From contig OZ242372.1 of assembly GCA_965209035.1 (NCBI GenBank), forward strand, positions 1,568,001 through 1,632,000: a DNA stretch of 64,000 nt, read 5' to 3'. The position numbers and the translations under genes are program-made. Of the stretch, positions 1 to 9,603 are shown piece after piece; position 1 is the first letter of the stretch, and every line of letters begins with the position of its first letter. This DNA comes from Gammaproteobacteria bacterium (lineage in GTDB: Bacteria; Pseudomonadota; Gammaproteobacteria; CBDBNL01; JAAOII01). The notes under the pieces are model-generated. The model saw only the letters and a list, made by a program, of their open reading frames with translations, made no database searches and had not been told where the DNA came from.

Positions 1-552
1 AAGATCCTTGTTGTAGTAGGTCTGTGCGGCGGCGGCCATTCCATAGGATTTGAAACCAAGAAAAATCTTATTAATGTAGAGAGAGAAAATTTCTTCTTTG
101 TTCAGAGTGCGCTCCATTTTGATTGCCAATAGTATTTCGTTCAGTTTGCGAATAATCGTTCGCTCTCTGGTCAGATAGTAGTTGCGCGCCACTTGCATCG
201 TAATTGTGCTGGCACCTGTTTGATTTTTGCTTTGGGTAACCAGTTGTATGACGGCACGTGCCAAACCCCTGAGGTCCAGCCCAAAATGCCGAAAGAATCT
301 GCTGTCTTCCGCGGATAGCAAGGCGTTGATTAGCGACTGAGGGACATCTTCAAAGTTAATCGGGGTGCGTTTGATTGAGCCTATTTGTGTGATGAGTTCT
401 CCTTCGGCGGTCAGCATGCGCAGAGGTTGCAGATAACGGACATCGCGCAGTTCGTCCACATTGGGCAGACGCACAAACAAAATGATACAGAATAAAATGA
501 TGGTTAAACTCAACCACATGACAGGGTAAAGAAAGAATCGTAAAAGCCTCAT
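1..552 (-). CDS. mrcA: Penicillin-binding protein 1A, N-terminal part (runs off the window)
   Basis: Manual translation from ATG at 552: TM anchor, then transglycosylase motifs AEDSRFFRHFGLD, GASTITMQVARN, RKLNE, LYINKIFLG; open to position 1. Confidence 0.9.
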   Translation of the reverse strand, partial: MRLLRFFLYPVMWLSLTIILFCIILFVRLPNVDELRDVRYLQPLRMLTAEGELITQIGSIKRTPINFEDVPQSLINALLSAEDSRFFRHFGLDLRGLARAVIQLVTQSKNQTGASTITMQVARNYYLTRERTIIRKLNEILLAIKMERTLNKEEIFSLYINKIFLGFKSYGMAAAAQTYYNKDL

Positions 553-626
553 TTTTATATTGCGATGTGCGTTAGATCAATGCTCGTTAGATTTTAGTCA
601 GTTAGTTAGATTGCTCTATTCGGCAC

Positions 627-1430
627 CTATTGGATTGGTGTCCGCAGGCGCCTTGCCGTCGTGTTCGGCTGCTTCTGTTCCCCGGTTCCGCCGGCTTGCG
701 GCTGTTGTTTGATGCCAAGTTTTTCCATCAATGCCCGATAGGTTTCGCCGAGATCGCCAAGATCATAGCGAAAGACATCCTTATCAAAGCGGCGGCTTGA
801 TTCTTTTCCCCAAAAACGACAACTGTCCGGGGTGATTTCATCTCCCAGAAAGAGGTCGTTTTTGTCTTGAGCCGGCCCCGGCCGAACACCAAACTCCAAC
901 TTAAAGTCGATGAGATCTATGCCGTAATCCGCCAACAGAGGCATTAAGTGGCGATTGACTTCCAGACTGAGTTCCGTCCCTCTTTTTACCTGTTCCGGGG
1001 TTGCCAACTCCAAAAGTTTGATGTGCGAAGTATTGATCAGGGGATCACCGAGGCGATCGTCTTTAAGAAAATATTCGCAGACGGGTTGCTTGAATGCGGT
1101 TCCTTTTGCAATTCCCAAACGCTTACAAATACTGCCGGCGGCGATGTTACGGACAACGAATTCTATTTTCAGCATATTCAAGCGCACCGCCAAACTTTCG
1201 CGCTCGTTGAGTATCACTCGGTGATGCACCGGCAGTCCCGCTTTGGCAAGGCGCTCCATAAAATGCGCATTGATCCGATTATTGTAAATACCCTTCTTAT
1301 CGCAGGTTGCCCGTTTTTTGCCGTCAAATGCGGTTAACTCATCGAGAAAATGTAAAACAATGATCTTGGGGTCATTCGTTGCGAAGATACTTTTGCTTTT
1401 ACCGGTGTACAGGTGTTCGGTTTTTTGCAT
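627..1430 (-). CDS. purC: SAICAR synthetase
   Basis: LYTGKSKSIF, EFVVRNIAAGS, DFKLEFG, LGDEITPDSCRFW, FDKDVFR motifs. Confidence 0.97.
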   Translation of the reverse strand: MQKTEHLYTGKSKSIFATNDPKIIVLHFLDELTAFDGKKRATCDKKGIYNNRINAHFMERLAKAGLPVHHRVILNERESLAVRLNMLKIEFVVRNIAAGSICKRLGIAKGTAFKQPVCEYFLKDDRLGDPLINTSHIKLLELATPEQVKRGTELSLEVNRHLMPLLADYGIDLIDFKLEFGVRPGPAQDKNDLFLGDEITPDSCRFWGKESSRRFDKDVFRYDLGDLGETYRALMEKLGIKQQPQAGGTGEQKQPNTTARRLRTPIQ

Positions 1431-1434
1431 TTGA

Positions 1435-2061
1435 TTATTCTAATCCGATATAGTTGTCGCGCACCTTATTTAGTAACTCAAATCCTGTTTCGTTTATCAG
1501 TTTTGTGGCGGCGGCTTTTTCTTTTTTCTTACGCCTCTTAGGTTTGCCCGGCTTGCCTGTTGGTGCAAGTCCGTCAAGGTGAACGAAAATAATATTTCCA
1601 TCGGCTCGAACCCGGACTTCAAACGCTTCCAAGTTCGCATCCGCGGGTTCTTCTCGGCGGAAAATACTCGCTTCGGGTCCGGCAACAAACCCTTCGTTCT
1701 TAAGTGCGAGTTGAATATCATCAATATCTTCGGCAAAGATCGGCCGGATGAGCAGAGAGGGCCTTTTTTGAGTGCTGTATCCCAAACTGACGGACTGCAC
1801 GGATTGTTTTTTGTTTTGTTGAATTGTTTCGGTATATGGTTCCGGCGGCTCCCCGATGAAAGAAGGATGCGGTAACGGAATTCTAACAAAGATGACCTCG
1901 TCTTCGGCGGCATCTTTTGGCGCCAAGACATATTCGGAATCGGGGTTTTCTCCCGGTAGCGGCCGATAGTGCAGGTCCGGCGCACCCAAGAAGCCATCCC
2001 GTTTGGCGGAACACGCGACGATAGGAAGGATAACCAAAATAACCGGCAGAAGTTTTTTCAA
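1435..2061 (-). CDS. Lipoprotein in the dapA-(bamC)-purC position; possible divergent BamC/NlpB
   Basis: Signal peptide with lipobox IVAC; synteny only, no recognisable BamC motif. Confidence 0.55.
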   Translation of the reverse strand: MKKLLPVILVILPIVACSAKRDGFLGAPDLHYRPLPGENPDSEYVLAPKDAAEDEVIFVRIPLPHPSFIGEPPEPYTETIQQNKKQSVQSVSLGYSTQKRPSLLIRPIFAEDIDDIQLALKNEGFVAGPEASIFRREEPADANLEAFEVRVRADGNIIFVHLDGLAPTGKPGKPKRRKKKEKAAATKLINETGFELLNKVRDNYIGLE

Positions 2062-2093
2062 AATAAATTCTTAATGAATGCTTCTTATTCTTA

Positions 2094-2999
2094 TTAATGA
2101 AGAGGCGAAAGGCTGTTCCCTTCCATTTTCAAGGCGGTATTTACCCGAGGTTCGTGTGCCGCCGACAAGGGTGTCAGGGGCAAGCGCAGGAAGTTTTGGA
2201 TCATCTTCCTTTGCGACAGAGCATACTTTACCGGGATCGGATTGGCTTCCAAAAACAGAGTATCGTGCAGAAATGAGAGTTGTTTTTGCAGTGCGAGTGC
2301 CTCCTTCGTCTTGCCGGTTGTCGCCAGTTCGCAAAGGAGATGCATTTTCTTTGGTTCCACATTGGCGGTAACAGAGATGCAACCCCTTGCCCCGTTTAGC
2401 ATCAGGTCGCAACAGGTGATGTCATCGCCGGATAGGACCAGAAAATCATTGCCGCAAATATTATGGATGCTTTTGACGCGACGAATATCGCCGGTGGCTT
2501 CTTTAATTCCGATGATATTTTTGTGACCGGCAATGTCGCCGAGTGTTTCCGGCATGAGATCCGTAATTGTCCGGGACGGAACATTGTATACAATCTGCGG
2601 GATATTCACCGCCTCGGCAATGGCGGAGAAATGTTTTACCAGGCCGTTTTGTGTCGGCTTGTTGTAGTAAGGAACAATCAACATGACCGCATCCGCACCG
2701 CATTCCTTGGCATAAGTTGTCAGGTCTATCGCCTCTCGAGTGGAATTGGAACCGGTGCCGGCGATGACCGGAATCCGCCCGTTTATTCTGTTGGTGATAT
2801 GTGCGATGACTTGTTTGTGTTCCTCGTTATTCAGAGTTGGCGATTCCCCGGTGGTGCCGACGGCTACAATCCCGTCTGTTTTTTCATCCAGATGCCATTC
2901 CAGCAGGTTGTTCAAAGAGTCCCAGTCTATGGCTCCGCCTTCCAACATCGGTGTTACCAAAGCCACAAGACTGCCGCACAGATCGCGGTGATTGTTCAT
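2094..2999 (-). CDS. dapA: 4-hydroxy-tetrahydrodipicolinate synthase
   Basis: GTTGESPTL, PYYNKP, YNVPSRT, GIKEATGD, SGDD, NPIPVK motifs. Confidence 0.98.
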   Translation of the reverse strand: MNNHRDLCGSLVALVTPMLEGGAIDWDSLNNLLEWHLDEKTDGIVAVGTTGESPTLNNEEHKQVIAHITNRINGRIPVIAGTGSNSTREAIDLTTYAKECGADAVMLIVPYYNKPTQNGLVKHFSAIAEAVNIPQIVYNVPSRTITDLMPETLGDIAGHKNIIGIKEATGDIRRVKSIHNICGNDFLVLSGDDITCCDLMLNGARGCISVTANVEPKKMHLLCELATTGKTKEALALQKQLSFLHDTLFLEANPIPVKYALSQRKMIQNFLRLPLTPLSAAHEPRVNTALKMEGNSLSPLH

Positions 3000-3165
3000 A
3001 TTAAAATTTCAAACACTTTAATGAACGAGTGCCGAGCATTGTATTGTTGTGTATCCGCCGAAGGAACTTTTATTCCCTTCCCTGCCCTTTTCTTTTAAGG
3101 ATATTTGAGAAATCATAAGACCATTATAAGAATAATTTTAGTAAATCCTGTCTATAATAAACCTT

Positions 3166-3486
3166 ATGAGTTTATTGAACGGATTATCACCTCTTGCGAG
3201 TGTTCTTTTAATTTATGTTTTGACCGGTCTTGTTTTTGGCTTATTTTTTGTGTTGCGTATTGCCGGTTTGTTGGATGTGCATGCAAAAGGCGGGACTATC
3301 GGGTTTCGCTTAATGATACTGCCGGCAGCCGTTATTCTTTGGCCTCTTTTGTTGGGCATCTCTTCCTTTAAGGGCGGCTGTTATATGATCCGGAAAATAC
3401 GCAACATAATAGATGAGAAAAAAAAGAAAGGGAGAAGCCTAGAAATACAAGAGGAAATACAAGAGGAAACACAAGAGGAAAAATGA
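3166..3486 (+). CDS. Small two-TM hypothetical membrane protein
   Basis: Hydrophobic segments, GFRLMILPAAVILWPLL; ATGA overlap with next gene. Confidence 0.7.
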   Translation: MSLLNGLSPLASVLLIYVLTGLVFGLFFVLRIAGLLDVHAKGGTIGFRLMILPAAVILWPLLLGISSFKGGCYMIRKIRNIIDEKKKKGRSLEIQEEIQEETQEEK

Positions 3487-3674
3487 AGTTTTATCACCGT
3501 AAAATCCATCTGTTTGTATGGTCTTTGCTCGCAGTGTTGTTTGCCGGCGTCTTGTGGGTGATGTCGGAAATTAACTTAATTTCCGAGGCAGTTCTTGGCG
3601 AGGATGCTCCCAATCTTCCCAAGGAAATGAATTTCAAAGGAATTTTGGAAGAAAGCAAAAACACCGGGTCATGA
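3483..3674 (+). CDS. Small single-TM hypothetical protein
   Basis: HRKIHLFVW followed by a TM helix; 4-bp overlaps with both neighbours. Confidence 0.65.
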   Translation: MKFYHRKIHLFVWSLLAVLFAGVLWVMSEINLISEAVLGEDAPNLPKEMNFKGILEESKNTGS

Positions 3675-4714
3675 GTGCGGATTATCAGGCCGTCGGCTGG
3701 AACAAGTTCAAGATCGGTTACGACCTTTTCATATTCTGTGCGGTCTTGTTGTACTTGGGCGGATTCATCATTGTCAGCATTGCCTTTTACAGATTTCCCC
3801 AAGAAATTAGCCCTCTCATCATCCTCATTCGCGCGTTTGGCACCTGTGCGTTTATTTTGTTACACTTTATTTTGCTCATAGGTCCTCTGGCAAGGGTTTC
3901 GTCACTTTTTAAGCCGTTACTTTACAATCGCCGCCATTTGGGCGTGACGATGTTCTTGATCGCCACCGCGCATATTTTCTTTGTTATGGTTTGGTATCAC
4001 GGCTATGGTGTTTTAATCCCACTCTTGTCCGTGTTTGTGAGTAATCCGAATTACTCGGATCTTGCCCGGTTCCCGTTTGAAATTTTTGGAGTGGCCGCTT
4101 ATGTGATCATTCTCGCGATGGCACTGACCAGTCACGACTTCTGGTTAAAGTTGTTCGGCGCGCCAGTCTGGAAGCTGCTGCATATGGGGGTTTATGTCGC
4201 TTATTTTCTCCTCGTATCCCATGTGCTGTTTGGTTATGTGCGAGCGGAGTCCTCCGTGGCGATGTTTTACACAGTGGCGGGCGGTGCCGGTCTGCTGGTT
4301 TTTGTCCATCTGCTGGCGGGAATAAAAGAAGCGATGGCGGACAAGCGGACGCGCGGCGAAGGAGAATGGACGCCTCTTTGTCGTGCCGATGCGTTGGAGA
4401 ATGAAAGGGGAATGGGGTTCACGCTGAAAAAAGGAGACAAGGTGGCGGTTTTTCGCTACGATAACCGTCGTATTTGTGCCGTTGCCAACGCCTGTGCGCA
4501 TCAAAACGGTCCTCTTTGCGAGGGCAGAATTATTGGCGGTAAAATTGTCTGTCCTTGGCATGGTTACGAATATGAGCCGGCAACCGGTTGCTCGCCGCCG
4601 CCTTTTACGGAACGCATCCCCGTTTACGAGGTGCGTATCCGGAAAGGGACAGTGGAAGTGCGCGACGAGCCGCTTCCTTTGGGGAGTAAAGTCAAGCCGG
4701 CGGTGATGCGTTAG
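3671..4714 (+). CDS. Ferric reductase-like (MsrQ-type) transmembrane domain fused to a Rieske 2Fe-2S domain
   Basis: YNRRHLG, ALTSHD, WKLLHMGVY membrane heme motifs; C-terminal CAHQNGPL...CPWHG Rieske ligands. Confidence 0.88.
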   Translation: MSADYQAVGWNKFKIGYDLFIFCAVLLYLGGFIIVSIAFYRFPQEISPLIILIRAFGTCAFILLHFILLIGPLARVSSLFKPLLYNRRHLGVTMFLIATAHIFFVMVWYHGYGVLIPLLSVFVSNPNYSDLARFPFEIFGVAAYVIILAMALTSHDFWLKLFGAPVWKLLHMGVYVAYFLLVSHVLFGYVRAESSVAMFYTVAGGAGLLVFVHLLAGIKEAMADKRTRGEGEWTPLCRADALENERGMGFTLKKGDKVAVFRYDNRRICAVANACAHQNGPLCEGRIIGGKIVCPWHGYEYEPATGCSPPPFTERIPVYEVRIRKGTVEVRDEPLPLGSKVKPAVMR

Positions 4715-4743
4715 AAAAAGAGCGAATACCGATTAACGAACAG

Positions 4744-5658
4744 ATGAATCCAAAAGACGCTATTTCTAAAGGGCCTCCAAAGCCTCCAAAGCCTCCAAAG
4801 CCTCTAAAGCCTCCAAAGCCTCCAAAGGCAAAAAGGGAGCCGCAGCCGGCCAATCGACAGCAGCCGGTGCCGCGCAAGGACGCGCATGCGGATTTCTTTA
4901 TCGGTTACAAAAAAGTGCCGACCGCTTCCCGGCGCTTTTTCCTTCTTTCCATGCCGTTACTCCTTGCGGGAGGGACAGGTCTGGGGGTGCTATTGGCGCG
5001 TTCTCAGTTAAAACCGGATGCGACCAATTGGGGAAAAGAAGTGATTACTTTGGACGGGATGCTCGTCGCAGACCCCTATCCGCATCTGCTGGTTGCCAAC
5101 CCGAGTGCCGCCGCCGGTTATGATGCGGTGTTTTTGGTAAAAAGAGGGAAATACGGAGCCCAGGCACTGGCAACCGGGAAGACAGGTACTTGGGTGCGAA
5201 CCTCCGGCAAACTGATCAGTCGGCATGACACAGCGTCAAATTATATGTTGGAAGCAACAGACTTGCAACCTCTTGCGCAGTCTGCGAGAACCCCGCCGGG
5301 TGAGGCATCTTTGTTTTCCGACAAGACCTCGGATCTGGGTTTTCATACGCTGCGCGGCCGCATTATGGATAGCAAATGCTATTTCGGGGTGATGAAACCC
5401 GCCGAAGGAATTACGCACAAGGCATGCGCCGCGTTATGTGTTCGCGGGGGCATACCGCCGTTTTTCGTCCCATACGGCGAAGCGGCCGACAGGGTCATTG
5501 TGGTCGCGAATGAACAGGGCATTGCCGATTTTGAGTTTCTGTTGCCGCATATCTTGGATCCTGTGGAACTGCGCGGCAAGTTGGTGGCGGTGAACAATCA
5601 TTATCAGTTGCATGTTGCCGCCGCAGATATTCGGAGTTTGGTTTCTCTTAACTGCTAA
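4744..5658 (+). CDS. Hypothetical membrane-anchored protein with Cys/His motif
   Basis: One TM helix; DSKCYFGVMKP...HKACAALCVRGGIPP; N-terminal PPK repeat from a 9-bp tandem repeat. Confidence 0.75.
   Translation: MNPKDAISKGPPKPPKPPKPLKPPKPPKAKREPQPANRQQPVPRKDAHADFFIGYKKVPTASRRFFLLSMPLLLAGGTGLGVLLARSQLKPDATNWGKEVITLDGMLVADPYPHLLVANPSAAAGYDAVFLVKRGKYGAQALATGKTGTWVRTSGKLISRHDTASNYMLEATDLQPLAQSARTPPGEASLFSDKTSDLGFHTLRGRIMDSKCYFGVMKPAEGITHKACAALCVRGGIPPFFVPYGEAADRVIVVANEQGIADFEFLLPHILDPVELRGKLVAVNNHYQLHVAAADIRSLVSLNC
4773..4826 (+). repeat. 9-bp tandem repeat GCCTCCAAA x6 (PPK repeat)
   Basis: Directly visible; one unit has a C>T variant. Confidence 0.9.
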
Positions 5659-5941
5659 ATAACTTAATTAGCCGATCAGCCAAACCGCAAACCCTCTTTA
5701 TTAATTTTGCCCGGACGGGGCGGGTGAGGGTGAGGGACTGACCCGAGCGATGCTTTATTTAAGTGATATAAGTGATTTGGCGATTAACAACCGGCTGAGA
5801 ACAGGCGGTTAATGTTAACCCGGAAGCAAATCACGGACAAACATAAAATACGGAGAAACATCACCCATTACGCTGCCCTTAAAACAAAACAATGCTTTTA
5901 ATTTTGTGGGCGGGTGAGGGTGATTGGTGGGGCGATGTAGG

Positions 5942-6292
5942 CTACTTGTCAGCAATTTTGCGATAGTAGGATCTTATTTCTCCTACGAGCAAGGCGATCG
6001 CAATGAACAGCACCAAATCCTTAATAGACATCACTTGGGCGTCTTTTAACCAATGCATTCCTTTCGGTGCCAATTCATGGAAGATCCAAACACCTGCGGT
6101 TATGCCGTAAAGCACTGCCGCAAAGGATATCCCCAAGACAAAGATATAATGAAAACCCTCTTTTTTCTTGTCGGCTCTTTTTGCCTCCTTATCTTGGTGT
6201 TCCGGGTAGAGTAGCTTGCCGCCTCCATTTTTTGTGTCTTCTGCTTTCTTTTCAAGCAGGTTTAGTTTTTTATTTTGATTTTTGTTAGGCAT
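5942..6292 (-). CDS. Two-TM hypothetical protein, candidate toxin paired with Panacea antitoxin
   Basis: Overlaps the 3' end of the Panacea gene by 8 bp; charged N-terminus and two hydrophobic helices. Confidence 0.6.
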   Translation of the reverse strand: MPNKNQNKKLNLLEKKAEDTKNGGGKLLYPEHQDKEAKRADKKKEGFHYIFVLGISFAAVLYGITAGVWIFHELAPKGMHWLKDAQVMSIKDLVLFIAIALLVGEIRSYYRKIADK

Positions 6293-6848
6293 TATTTTCT
6301 TGTTCGGCTATCTCCTCTAACCTTTTTTCGATGACATCATCAAAATGCTTTTTAATTTTCTTTGTTGGTATCACAGTTCCTCTTTCCCTCCTTTTATAAG
6401 TTTCCGCCCATGGCGTTCCGGGTTGATGTGTCAAAGACACAACCTCGCCAGCACTCTTACGCTTATAAGTATTCCAAACGACGGACAGTACTCTGCCTTC
6501 CGTCGTTTCCTCATTGACAGAACGGTATCTCAACTCTTCAACTTTTTCATCCCGGGATATTTCCAGACTGGGAACAAACTTCGTGATGGGTTTCCGCCCC
6601 CAATGTTGGAAGGCATGGTATACGGAAGGAATGACAGGACCAAACTTCCATGCCTGTAGGTCTTCCGCAATTAGTTTTTTGCCATCCATGATTGACAAAG
6701 CCCAACCATAACCAAAATAACACATCTTGACCAACCGGAGCAAATCAATATCAATATTTTGATCAGCCGCTTTCTTGATAAAGAAGTTTGCAATATGCTC
6801 CGATTTGTATGCGGAGATATGCTCTTTTATTTTTTGTTTCGTTTTCAT
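6285..6848 (-). CDS. Panacea-domain (DUF4065/SocA/GepA-like) antitoxin
   Basis: IANFFI, LRLVKMCYFGYGW, QAWKFGPVIPSVY, LTHQPGTPW motifs. Confidence 0.88.
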   Translation of the reverse strand: MKTKQKIKEHISAYKSEHIANFFIKKAADQNIDIDLLRLVKMCYFGYGWALSIMDGKKLIAEDLQAWKFGPVIPSVYHAFQHWGRKPITKFVPSLEISRDEKVEELRYRSVNEETTEGRVLSVVWNTYKRKSAGEVVSLTHQPGTPWAETYKRRERGTVIPTKKIKKHFDDVIEKRLEEIAEQENNA

Positions 6849-7238
6849 AATTAATATATACCGGAGTTAAATTTAATAATAATTCAAGCAGCACCAAGAT
6901 TATACAGCGATATATTCCATTTATTCCTTTTTGCATTATCTCACCCGGTTTTGGAGGTTTTGGATTTTTTTATTTGTGTCCGTATGACCTTCAAACCGCC
7001 CCCAAACCAAACCCCGAACCGCCGAGAGTTGTTCCGTAAATATTAAGACATTAGAAGCCGTGGGGCTGAAGGCTGGGGAGTTGAGAATGAGTATTTGGAA
7101 TGAATAGAACAACTTGAAACTATCCCCCGCATCTTATCAAGCATCTTTTTGAGTGCGGTCAATTTTGCCCCGCCCTGGCCGCTTTGCCTGTTGTCCGGCC
7201 GCCGGCAACCTTGTTTTCTATTCTGTTACCTTACCTGC

Positions 7239-9537
7239 TTATCTGCCTTGCGCCGAGAGGCCGCCCGGCAGGCAATTCAGGACCGGGTATTGGCTGCTTG
7301 TGCCAAGATTCCAAACGCTGAAGAATCCATTCGGCAGGTCATCCGCGTCCATCACTTCCATCACTTCGCCAGTGTCCCGATTACACCAGATGCCACCCCA
7401 GTCGGCATAGATGCCTGTGAAAGTAATCGGCGATTGCAATTCCGTCGTGGTCTTACCCTTACCCAGATTAAGAGCACTCATAGACAGCATGGTGGTGTCC
7501 GTATCCCAGTAAGACGCATTGACGGTGGTGGCATCATCGGCGACGCCCACCAATCCACCCGGACCACCCAGCGAAGCATCGACAGTTGAAACCCGCCCGC
7601 CGGCAGTATAAGAATAGCGAATCGTCGCACTACTTCCATCCCCAACCAGTCCGCTAATCGCAGGTTCCCGAGTCCCGGCAACACTTCCGTTGCGCACATA
7701 AACATAGTAAATATGAGAATCCAGCCCATACCCCACCAGTCCGCCAATATTAATGTTCCCGGCAACATCCGTGCCGGACACACCGGCATAGCGAATAGTA
7801 GCGGACTGACCATTTCCAATCAGTCCGCCAATACGACCGTTCCCGGTAACATCCGCGTCGGACACACTGGCATAGCGAATAGTAGCAGACCGACCACTTC
7901 CAACCAGCCCGCCAATAGCGTTACCGTCACTGCCACCATAGTCCGCGAAAACAGTGATACCGGATACACGGGCATAGCGAATATTAGCAGACAGACCATC
8001 TCCAATCAGTCCGCCGGCAGCGCCTCCGCCTGAGCCGGAGGAAGCACTTCCGCCGGATACATTCGCATGGCGAATGTTGGCAGACGGACCCTGCCCAACC
8101 AGCCCGCCAACACTACCGAGCCCGGCAACATCTGTGCCGGACACTTCGGTATAGCGAATAGTGGCGGACTGACCATTTCCAATCAGTCCGCCCACTGCGT
8201 TAGCATTACCATCTATCACACTGCCACGAACCGACAGATTTTCATAACTGGCATTCCTGCCATAGCCTGCCAGTGTGCCCACATCACTACCGGCATTGAA
8301 TTTGATAGTCGCATCCCGGAGATGCAGATTTTGAAGACTGCCGTTGAACGCACCAAATAAGCCCAGCCCAAAGTTCCTACCGGACACAGAGATAAACAGA
8401 TCGGCAAGAGTATGATCCCGACCATCAAACACAGCCGCATACGACGTATAACTCCGGCACTTGACATTAAACTGGTCTTCGTTATTTATGTCAGTACAGA
8501 AGCCGATCGGTTGCCAGCCGCTGCCACTCGTCCAAAGAGCTTGATTGCCGCTGCTACCGCTACCCGTGGCATAGGATTCCCCATCGCTAAAATTGAGCGA
8601 GCGCGTCAGTTCGTAGCCCCGGCAGCCGTCCGGGACCGGACAGCCCTCGGCACCCACGGCGGTAATATCGGAAATATTCCCATCATCCTCCCCATCGCCA
8701 TTGAGATCATCGCGCAGTAGGGCTAATTGATCCAAATTGTGAATCTCGATCAAGCCGTTATTATCATCGTCCACATCCGCCGTATCAAGCGTGCCGTCAT
8801 TGTCATCGTCCAAATCCTCATCGCTATCCTGACAGCCGTCGCCGTCATGGTCCGTAGACGGATTGGAGGTCCAACCCGTATCGCCGCGCGGACAGTCGTC
8901 GGCAAGATCATTCAGGCCATCATTGTCATCGTCATCATCACAGGCATCGCCTAGCGGATCCGTATCGTTATTGAGTTGTCGGGGATTAGCAATGCCGCGG
9001 CAGTTGTCCACCGCATTCGGAACTCCGTCCCTGTCAGTGTCTCCCGTCGGGTTGCCACCTCCGGGTCCGGTCCTTGCCGGGTTCGCCGCCGTAACCGCAG
9101 CTGCGCGGCCACCCGTATAGAGCACCACAATCGTTAGATTGTAGGCGGCATCATGCATCAGCCCCTCAAGAGTGATGCTCACGCGTGCACCGGCCAAGGT
9201 GCTCACATCCGGTGCCGTCAAATTTTGCATGCCGGCGTCGCCCGCATCTTGCGTATTCTCCCAAGTAATATTGAAGCCGGCAATATTGGGTTGATTCGGA
9301 TTCTTCCAAGAGACGACAAGACTCGTGTTGGTATCTCCCGCCACAAACTCAATCTCGGCAACACCGAAATTATCGGGGGGGGGGGGGACTACCGCCGCCT
9401 CCGCTTCCGCCGCCGCAAGCGGCGAGCAAGACGGCCGACAAGCCGATGGTTAATAATAGGTTGCTGCCGCGGTGTGCCGTTTGGCCGGCTGCGACGATGC
9501 CGTTGCTACGGATAGCGTGTATTGCGAATATGCTCAT
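7239..9537 (-). pseudogene. FN3/TSP3/GLUG-repeat surface lipoprotein, copy 1; out of frame at a C13 tract (phase OFF)
   Basis: ATG at 9537 with LLAAC lipobox matching copy 2; G13 at 9375-9387 shifts the frame; the downstream 701-aa frame is intact. Confidence 0.85.
9375..9387 (-). repeat. Poly-C tract (13 nt), out of frame
   Basis: Counted G13 on the + strand. Confidence 0.9.
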
Positions 9538-9603
9538 AATGAATGATTGATTGTTTTTATTAAAGATAAAATCATTTTTGTCTTTTTTTACCCGCTTATC
9601 TGC

